IMG/VR virus record: IMGVR_UViG_2541047777_000002
Source of the DNA: a virus
Taxonomy: Duplodnaviria > Heunggongvirae > Uroviricota > Caudoviricetes
Strand: one strand, 5' to 3'
Length of the DNA stretch: 6,281 nt
Of the stretch, positions 1-4,245 are shown one piece after another (the stretch's first letter is position 1; every line of letters starts with the position of its first letter). The notes under the pieces were generated by a model. It had not been told where the DNA came from. It ran no database searches and saw only the letters and a list, made by a program, of their open reading frames with translations. Both the position numbers and the translations under genes were made by a program.

Positions 1-1
1 A

Positions 2-1303
2 GCCGCAATTGAAGCGACTGCGCGTAACGACTACGCCAGCAACATGATCTGCATCATGCACAGCGACGGTTATAAGGTATCGCCGCTGGCCACCGATTAT
101 GCTGCGAATGATATCGGTAAAGATCTGCGTAAAGAAGCGCGGGATATTGTGTGGGAACAGACACTGGATCTGCACCTCAATACAGAAACTCCACAAGAAT
201 CAGAGCGTGAAGAACTGCTAAAAAAACGCGCGCTGACGCTTGAAGAACAGGCAAAACTTGTCCGCTGGGATATTGAAAACGAACTGAAACTACCGGTTGA
301 AGAAGGCACACTGAAATTCTATTTCGATGGTGCTCGAGACAAAGTTCGCCGCTATGAAACAATGCTTTTAGATGAGGTAACAGCTCGTCGTTACGACCGG
401 GAAGAAGCAGCCATCAATTTTACCTACGCATACCGTCAGGCGGGACAGTGGCAATATTTTGTAGTGACCGCGATGACTCGCGAGCAGGCTGATGATGTCT
501 TTAAAACTAAATTCCCTGGAATAATCGATCACAAGGTAAAAGCTACTCCTACTGTTGAAGTCGGGGCTCGCGGTTTCTATGCGCTTAAATCAGCAACTCT
601 CCGGCAGTACTTTATCGACTGCGGTATCAACCCTGAGACTATGACCGGCGAGGCGACTCAGGAGCGTCTCAAATTCGCTCGAGATAATCTCATGACAGCC
701 GAACGCCGTGACCTGTTGAATAACGTTCTGCACATTGGTGGTTTTATGACGCCAAAAGGGAAGCCTAAAGTGCCGGAAGCGTTGTTTAAAAACATTTGCG
801 ACTCTCTTGGCCTTAAAACAGGTAAACGTCGCGGCAGAGACGGCGATAAGCGTCCAACCTTGCGTTTTGTTGAGCCTGAATCAGCGGCATTTATGCTGGA
901 TATTCTTGTTCAGCGTCAGAAAGATGGCCTAACCCTAAAAACGCGTAAAGCCGAGAAGACAGCCATCGAAATGGATCGCGATTTGGATCTCAATATATAT
1001 ATGGATGATAAAACGCGATCCACAAACGAGCAGGTTCAAAACGCCCCTCATTCAGTAATTTCTGAGGCTTTGGCCGTATTGCCGGTGGCTGTTCCTGAGT
1101 CCTGGGCGATGAGTGCGCTTTCCGGTGAGGAGCTGGCCACTATGTCATCATGGTCATCAACCAGCATAGCTATGACGTTTGCATCTCTGTACCTCACAGA
1201 GTTCATGGATCACTTGTCCAGCAATGAACTGCGGCGGTTACGAGAATACATTACCGGGAATAGCTCATGCAGCTACGAAGAGCAGGGCGCTTTCTATGGG
1301 TAA
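2..1303 (+). CDS. hypothetical protein, 5'-truncated at window edge (at least 433 aa of C-terminal sequence)
   Basis: Seen: the reading frame is open from base 2 with no stop until TAA 1301-1303; the track ORF 44..1303 is only the first internal ATG. Balanced, charged composition with ordinary coding appearance. No domain recognised by eye. Confidence 0.6.
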   Translation, partial: AAIEATARNDYASNMICIMHSDGYKVSPLATDYAANDIGKDLRKEARDIVWEQTLDLHLNTETPQESEREELLKKRALTLEEQAKLVRWDIENELKLPVEEGTLKFYFDGARDKVRRYETMLLDEVTARRYDREEAAINFTYAYRQAGQWQYFVVTAMTREQADDVFKTKFPGIIDHKVKATPTVEVGARGFYALKSATLRQYFIDCGINPETMTGEATQERLKFARDNLMTAERRDLLNNVLHIGGFMTPKGKPKVPEALFKNICDSLGLKTGKRRGRDGDKRPTLRFVEPESAAFMLDILVQRQKDGLTLKTRKAEKTAIEMDRDLDLNIYMDDKTRSTNEQVQNAPHSVISEALAVLPVAVPESWAMSALSGEELATMSSWSSTSIAMTFASLYLTEFMDHLSSNELRRLREYITGNSSCSYEEQGAFYG

Positions 1304-1388
1304 TCAGTGGATATTATCTTTGTGTCTCTTGCTTTGTGTGTTCCAGCAATGGTTTTGGTTCATAGATCGAAAGTCTCACAAGGAAAAC

Positions 1389-1487
1389 ATGAAGGCCAGG
1401 AAGGCGATGTTTCGTGGTGAACAACTCGCGCAGACTTATCGTATGTGGAAACGCTTCTATCGTGATTTTTCGGTGAACGGGGAGTAA
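1389..1487 (+). CDS. possible small basic peptide (32 aa)
   Basis: Seen: ATG 1389 preceded by AAGGA (1380-1384) at 4 nt spacing; stop TAA 1485-1487 sits 4 nt before the ATG of the next gene. It is the 3' part of track ORF 1179..1487, whose upstream part overlaps the preceding CDS. Short and unsupported by homology. Confidence 0.2.
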   Translation: MKARKAMFRGEQLAQTYRMWKRFYRDFSVNGE

Positions 1488-1491
1488 AAAT

Positions 1492-1818
1492 ATGTCTACT
1501 ACTGCATTTTTGGACAAACTTGATTACCGTCAGCTGCAGTTCTGCCGGGATGAATGCGATCGACGCATTAAGGCTATCCAGGAGGAAGAAAAAAAGGTCG
1601 CCTGGGCTGTAACAGATCGTGGCCTTATCTTTGGCTGGTTCCGTACGGAGGATTACCTGAAAGCAGTGGAATTATTGGCGCGTAAGGCTGCTGAGCGTTG
1701 GGAACGAGCCGACAAGGAAAACCCGGAGACGAAGTATGAACTGAATCTCTACATCGAGGGCAACCGTCTACCATTGTCAGAGTATAACGCTTTGTTTGCT
1801 GATGGTGAGTGGGGTTAA
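1492..1818 (+). CDS. hypothetical protein, 108 aa, predicted cytoplasmic
   Basis: Seen: ATG 1492 with GGGGAG about 7 nt upstream; stop TAA 1816-1818 is 2 nt before the next start (translational coupling). No hydrophobic segment. No recognised domain. Confidence 0.6.
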   Translation: MSTTAFLDKLDYRQLQFCRDECDRRIKAIQEEEKKVAWAVTDRGLIFGWFRTEDYLKAVELLARKAAERWERADKENPETKYELNLYIEGNRLPLSEYNALFADGEWG

Positions 1819-1820
1819 AA

Positions 1821-2216
1821 ATGGCTGTTCAATCATACAAACACCAATCCCTCTTGGATAAGGGATACATTCGCATCAAGCTAAGTCGTTCTCAGCATAA
1901 GGCCATTTTTAGGGTAAGGAAAATTCGTATATGGGATACGTATGCGTATTACTATAACGGTGAAGAGGTTATTGTTGAGCACTTTCTTGCCCGATGGTTT
2001 GTAGCCCTGATTTTTGTCCCTTTTCTGTTAATTGGCACTTTGGCAGACGGTTTTCCTAGCACATGGCAGGAGCTAAAGAAATGCCTTTTCCCGCATAGAT
2101 ACGGTAGCCTTTCGGCAGACAGCTGGCGAGTTATACCTGGTAAACATTCTGTGGATGAGCAGCCGATTGTTGATTACTGGTTGAAGCGTATGGCTGATGC
2201 TAAAAAAGTTGATTGA
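1821..2216 (+). CDS. hypothetical single-pass membrane protein, 131 aa (alternative GTG start at 1809)
   Basis: Seen: ATG 1821 preceded by GAGTGGGG; one strongly hydrophobic segment (WFVALIFVPFLLIGTLA) after a basic N-terminal region; stop TGA 2214-2216. AT-rich coding sequence. Confidence 0.55.
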   Translation: MAVQSYKHQSLLDKGYIRIKLSRSQHKAIFRVRKIRIWDTYAYYYNGEEVIVEHFLARWFVALIFVPFLLIGTLADGFPSTWQELKKCLFPHRYGSLSADSWRVIPGKHSVDEQPIVDYWLKRMADAKKVD

Positions 2217-2243
2217 GTTGTGATAACTGTTACAGGAGATAAA

Positions 2244-2531
2244 GTGAAGAGTTTTATTTTGGTTTTATGTTTTGCCTTTTCTGCTGCGGTTTATGCCCAG
2301 GAAGATAGCATTTCTGTTATTAACTCATCAGCGGAGCTTGCATGTAAAAATAATCCCGATGCTGCATCAAAAGAATCATGCAAAGAACTGCTCCTTTCGA
2401 CGGCTGCTTTTGCTTCTGAAAATGCGAAATTTTATTCAGCCTTCTGTCGCGGCTATGTTAAGGAAGAAGATAAAGAAAAATGTGATGATGCCGGTAAGTT
2501 AGTTAGGTATTTCCACTCTCTTAATCCGTAA
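2244..2531 (+). CDS. hypothetical secreted/periplasmic small Cys-containing protein, 95-aa precursor (track start 2220 is an upstream in-frame GTG)
   Basis: Seen: GTG 2244 preceded by AGGAG (2233-2237) at 6 nt; N-terminus (M)KSFILVLCFAFSAAVYA/QE looks like a Sec signal peptide with an AxA-type cleavage site; mature part has 4 Cys; no lipobox. Stop TAA 2529-2531. Confidence 0.55.
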   Translation: MKSFILVLCFAFSAAVYAQEDSISVINSSAELACKNNPDAASKESCKELLLSTAAFASENAKFYSAFCRGYVKEEDKEKCDDAGKLVRYFHSLNP

Positions 2532-2592
2532 TGGCCTTTGATTAACGATCAACTTCTGATCACTCGTTCAAGCAAACTATAAAAACACCTGT

Positions 2593-2612
2593 CCCCGTGA
2601 CTGGTCACGGGG
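2593..2612. repeat. perfect 20-bp palindrome CCCCGTGAC-TG-GTCACGGGG
   Basis: Seen: 9-bp arms around a 2-bp centre, 62 nt after the stop of the upstream cassette and about 20 nt before a candidate -35 box. Flanked by GTTTTTAT on the minus-strand side; only a weak T-rich tract on the plus side. Function (terminator, operator or partition-type site) is not decidable from sequence. Confidence 0.5.
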
Positions 2613-2632
2613 TAAAATGTCTTTGCAAATTA

Positions 2633-2662
2633 TTGACGTGTGCGTCGTTTTGACGGTAAAGT
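2633..2662 (+). promoter_or_regulatory. candidate sigma70 promoter for the anti-immunity operon (TTGACG - 18 nt - TAAAGT)
   Basis: Seen: TTGACG at 2633-2638 and TAAAGT at 2657-2662. The -10 match is weak (4/6) and there is a second TTGACG at 2650-2655. Inference only. Confidence 0.25.
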
Positions 2663-2691
2663 TACTCCGCTGCGGCAAATTCCGCAGCCGG

Positions 2692-2715
2692 GCGTGAGAA
2701 CCCGGATAAACGAAG
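2692..2715 (+). promoter_or_regulatory. upstream copy of antisense-RNA target sites (a1 GTGAGAA 2694-2700; b1 AAACGAAG 2708-2715)
   Basis: Seen: both elements are exact reverse complements of two single-stranded segments of the downstream RNA (TTCTCAC 2828-2834; CTTCGTTT 2813-2820). The 10-mer GCGTGAGAAC (2692-2701) recurs at 2862-2871. Knowledge: phage P1 immI has a1/b1 upstream and a2/b2 downstream of c4. Confidence 0.5.
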
Positions 2716-2720
2716 CGCAC

Positions 2721-2743
2721 AACACGCGCCAGCGTGTTTTTTT
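2721..2743 (+). terminator. intrinsic-terminator-like hairpin (AACACGC-GCCA-GCGTGTT) followed by a T run
   Basis: Seen: 7-bp stem with 4-nt loop; seven consecutive T at 2737-2743, of which the first two pair in the stem. Lies between the a1/b1 elements and the structured RNA. The stem is short, so efficiency is uncertain. Confidence 0.5.
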
Positions 2744-2772
2744 GTGTGTATATACCTGCGCATATCCGATTT

Positions 2773-2855
2773 ATGGTGGCTCAGGCGGGGCTGACTTCGG
2801 TCAGGCCGGTTTCTTCGTTTGCCGGTATTCTCACCCCCGCTTGGGCTACCACCAT
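2773..2855 (+). ncRNA. c4: c4-type antisense (repressor) RNA of an immI-like anti-immunity locus; ends approximate
   Basis: Seen: 7-bp closing helix (ATGGTGG 2773-2779 with CCACCAT 2849-2855); inner helix GCGGGG 2785-2790 with CCCCGC 2835-2840; hairpin CTGAC-TTCG-GTCAG (2791-2804); hairpin CCGG(T)/(G)CCGG (2806-2825) whose loop carries CTTCGTTT; unpaired TATTCTCAC (2826-2834). Both single-stranded segments are complementary to short elements upstream and downstream. GC-rich, with no convincing ORF. Knowledge: this matches P1/P7 c4 and N15 CA RNA. Confidence 0.65.
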
Positions 2856-2861
2856 TCAAGA

Positions 2862-2901
2862 GCGTGAGAACTCTGGTGGTAGCACGACCAATTAAACGGA
2901 G
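2862..2901 (+). promoter_or_regulatory. downstream antisense target sites (a2 GTGAGAA 2864-2870; b2 AAACGGAG 2894-2901, overlapping the SD of the Icd-like ORF)
   Basis: Seen: a2 is identical to a1; b2 pairs with the RNA loop CUUCGUUU using one G-U wobble and contains GGAG 8 nt upstream of ATG 2910. Inference: pairing would occlude the ribosome-binding site. Confidence 0.6.
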
Positions 2902-2909
2902 TGCATACC

Positions 2910-3074
2910 ATGTTCAAATTCAAATTTGCGGCAGTCGTTCGCACAGACAAAAAGTCACACATCCATCATCTTTCCACCATCGCGTCATCTGAACGGGAAG
3001 CTCGTCGCCAGTTCGCCAGCCGGTTTGTCCTGGTATTGTCTGCCCGTATTCCGGTGCGCGAGGTGGCTGCATGA
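2910..3074 (+). CDS. icd: Icd-like small protein (putative cell-division inhibitor), 54 aa; not in the supplied ORF track
   Basis: Seen: ATG 2910 with GGAG 8 nt upstream; translation MFKFKFAAVVRTDKKSHIHHLSTIASSEREARRQFASRFVLVLSARIPVREVAA; stop TGA 3072-3074 overlaps ATG 3071 of the next ORF. Knowledge (from memory, not searched): resembles Icd-like proteins that follow c4 in P1-type immI loci. Confidence 0.6.
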   Translation: MFKFKFAAVVRTDKKSHIHHLSTIASSEREARRQFASRFVLVLSARIPVREVAA

Positions 3075-3304
3075 ATCAGGTAAAAATGAACACTGTTGGC
3101 CTGCTGGAATCGTTGGATGAACGTCTGGCTCAGGTCTATGCGCTCGTATCATCAGCCCATCGGACAGTCTCCAGCTGTGAGGCGTCGATTTATCTCTCAG
3201 AAGCAGGGAAACTCCTTCAAATTGCGTGTGAGTTAACACACGAAGCACAGGGATATTCAGCATCGCTCTCGTCGCAATTGCTGCACGGTAAGGAGGCTGA
3301 ATGA
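3071..3304 (+). CDS. hypothetical protein, 77 aa, within the antirepressor operon
   Basis: Seen: ATG 3071 with GAGGTGG (3060-3066) 4 nt upstream; ATGA overlap with the previous stop and with the next start at 3301. No recognised domain. Confidence 0.6.
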   Translation: MNQVKMNTVGLLESLDERLAQVYALVSSAHRTVSSCEASIYLSEAGKLLQIACELTHEAQGYSASLSSQLLHGKEAE

Positions 3305-4074
3305 GCGCGTTAGCAGTCTTTTCCTTTCAGGAAGAGCATCAGGTACGTGTAGTGATGATTAACGGCGATCCGTGGTTTGTGGCGAATGATATTTGCAATG
3401 CTTTAAGCATCCAGAATGTCACACAAGCTATCGCTCGATTAGATGAAGATGAGCGATCTATGTTTAACATAGGCCGTCAAGGTCAAGCCAATATCATCAG
3501 TGAATCAGGTCTTTACACGCTCATTCTCCGCTGCCGTGACGCTGTAAAACAGGGCACGACCGCGTGGCGTTTTCGTAAATGGGTAACGAACGAGGTCTTG
3601 CCCTCTATTCGCAAGAATGGAGAGTACGTTTACGTCGAGCCTGAGCCAATGCGAGCAGCAGAGCCGTTGAACTGGAGGCAGAAGGAGTATCTGCGAGGGC
3701 TGATTAACGATATTGCACAAAGTTTTCAATACCGAAATGCCTGGATTAGTGGTGTATGGTTGGCTTTGCGTCGGGCGTGTCGTAATCCATCCCCGAACCC
3801 CATAACGGTTGATGATTTGCCAGCAATTACGGCAGAACTGCGCCGGATTTTGACGGCTGCTGAGTCGGCATTGGGGAACATGCGCACGTATGAACGAGAG
3901 TTGTTGCGTGATGTTGTTCGTGGGGGTAGGCGGAGTATGTCGTGTGGTGATTTGCCCATCACCGATATTAACTCTGATCTGGAAAAGGCGTTACCCGCGC
4001 ATTTTGAACTGGCAGTTCAAAAACTTGAGCAGTTATCCGCGCAGCTAAAGCCAGCAGAAATCACCAATAAATAG
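3301..4074 (+). CDS. ant: phage antirepressor with N-terminal Bro-N-type domain, 257 aa
   Basis: Seen: ATG 3301 with strong SD TAAGGAGG (3289-3296). N-terminus FSFQEEHQVRVVMINGDPWFVANDICNALSI...GLYTLILRCR...FRKWVTNEVLPSIRKNGEY matches the Bro-N / antirepressor pattern (FxF, DGxxWFva-Dva, GlY-li, VLPxiRk-G) as recalled. Gene order (antisense RNA, icd-like, ant) supports the call. Confidence 0.8.
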   Translation: MSALAVFSFQEEHQVRVVMINGDPWFVANDICNALSIQNVTQAIARLDEDERSMFNIGRQGQANIISESGLYTLILRCRDAVKQGTTAWRFRKWVTNEVLPSIRKNGEYVYVEPEPMRAAEPLNWRQKEYLRGLINDIAQSFQYRNAWISGVWLALRRACRNPSPNPITVDDLPAITAELRRILTAAESALGNMRTYERELLRDVVRGGRRSMSCGDLPITDINSDLEKALPAHFELAVQKLEQLSAQLKPAEITNK

Positions 4075-4212
4075 GGTTGACCAGCCCGAATTTATGCCCT
4101 TCTTAGAGAAGGGAAGCCTCGCAGTCGGGGCGGTGATGTCTGTGGTTGCAGCCGCGTTTCCTCCGTTACTTCTGCCCTTTGCAGGGGGCAGGCGAGGTAG
4201 GTCACACAACAA

Positions 4213-4235
4213 GGCACCGTTAATTCGGTGCCTTT
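4213..4235. terminator. candidate bidirectional terminator between convergent ant and telN (GGCACCG-TTAATT-CGGTGCC)
   Basis: Seen: 7-bp stem with 6-nt loop. Followed on the plus strand by TTTACTGTATGCTTT; on the minus strand by TTGTTGTGTG. Lies 13 nt beyond the telN stop and 139 nt beyond the ant stop. Both U-tracts are imperfect. Confidence 0.4.
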
Positions 4236-4245
4236 ACTGTATGCT

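Noticed and set aside
97-362. Minus-strand ORFs 97..309 and 177..362
   Set aside because: Antisense to the long open frame 2..1303, Ser/Arg-rich low-complexity translations, no start context. Shadow ORFs.
1179-1517. Track ORF 1179..1487 (+, 102 aa) as a whole, and ORF 1314..1517 (-, 67 aa)
   Set aside because: The 5' two-fifths of 1179..1487 overlap the end of the large CDS in another frame; only the 3' 32 codons (1389..1487) have an SD and are kept as a low-confidence feature. The minus ORF has no SD and overlaps the SD/start of the 1492 gene.
2272-2502. Track ORF 2272..2502 (+, 76 aa)
   Set aside because: Alternative frame inside the signal-peptide protein gene; no SD; the translation is basic and low-complexity. 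The 2244..2531 frame, with signal peptide and SD, is preferred.
2773-2855. tRNA gene
   Set aside because: The RNA has a 7-bp closing helix reminiscent of an acceptor stem, but there is no T-loop consensus, no anticodon arm of canonical size and no CCA context. This fits an RNase P-processed tRNA-like antisense RNA, not a tRNA.
2640-2867. Track ORFs 2640..2867 (+, 75 aa) and 2662..2859 (-, 65 aa)
   Set aside because: Both lie entirely within the GC-rich structured RNA / target-site region, lack a convincing SD, and have odd composition (Gly/Arg/Pro-rich). The region is better explained as non-coding RNA.
2926-3263. Track ORFs 2926..3120 (+, 64 aa) and 2985..3263 (-, 92 aa)
   Set aside because: They overlap the Icd-like ORF and the 77-aa ORF in other frames or antisense. 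The plus-frame genes have proper SDs and ATGA coupling; these alternatives do not.
3505-3962. Minus-strand ORFs 3505..3729 and 3726..3962
   Set aside because: Antisense within the antirepressor gene, which has a clear Bro-N-type N-terminus and strong SD; no independent support.
4097-4113. Hairpin CCCTTCT-TAG-AGAAGGG as the ant terminator
   Set aside because: No U-tract follows on either strand; the hairpin at 4213-4232 is a better candidate terminator.
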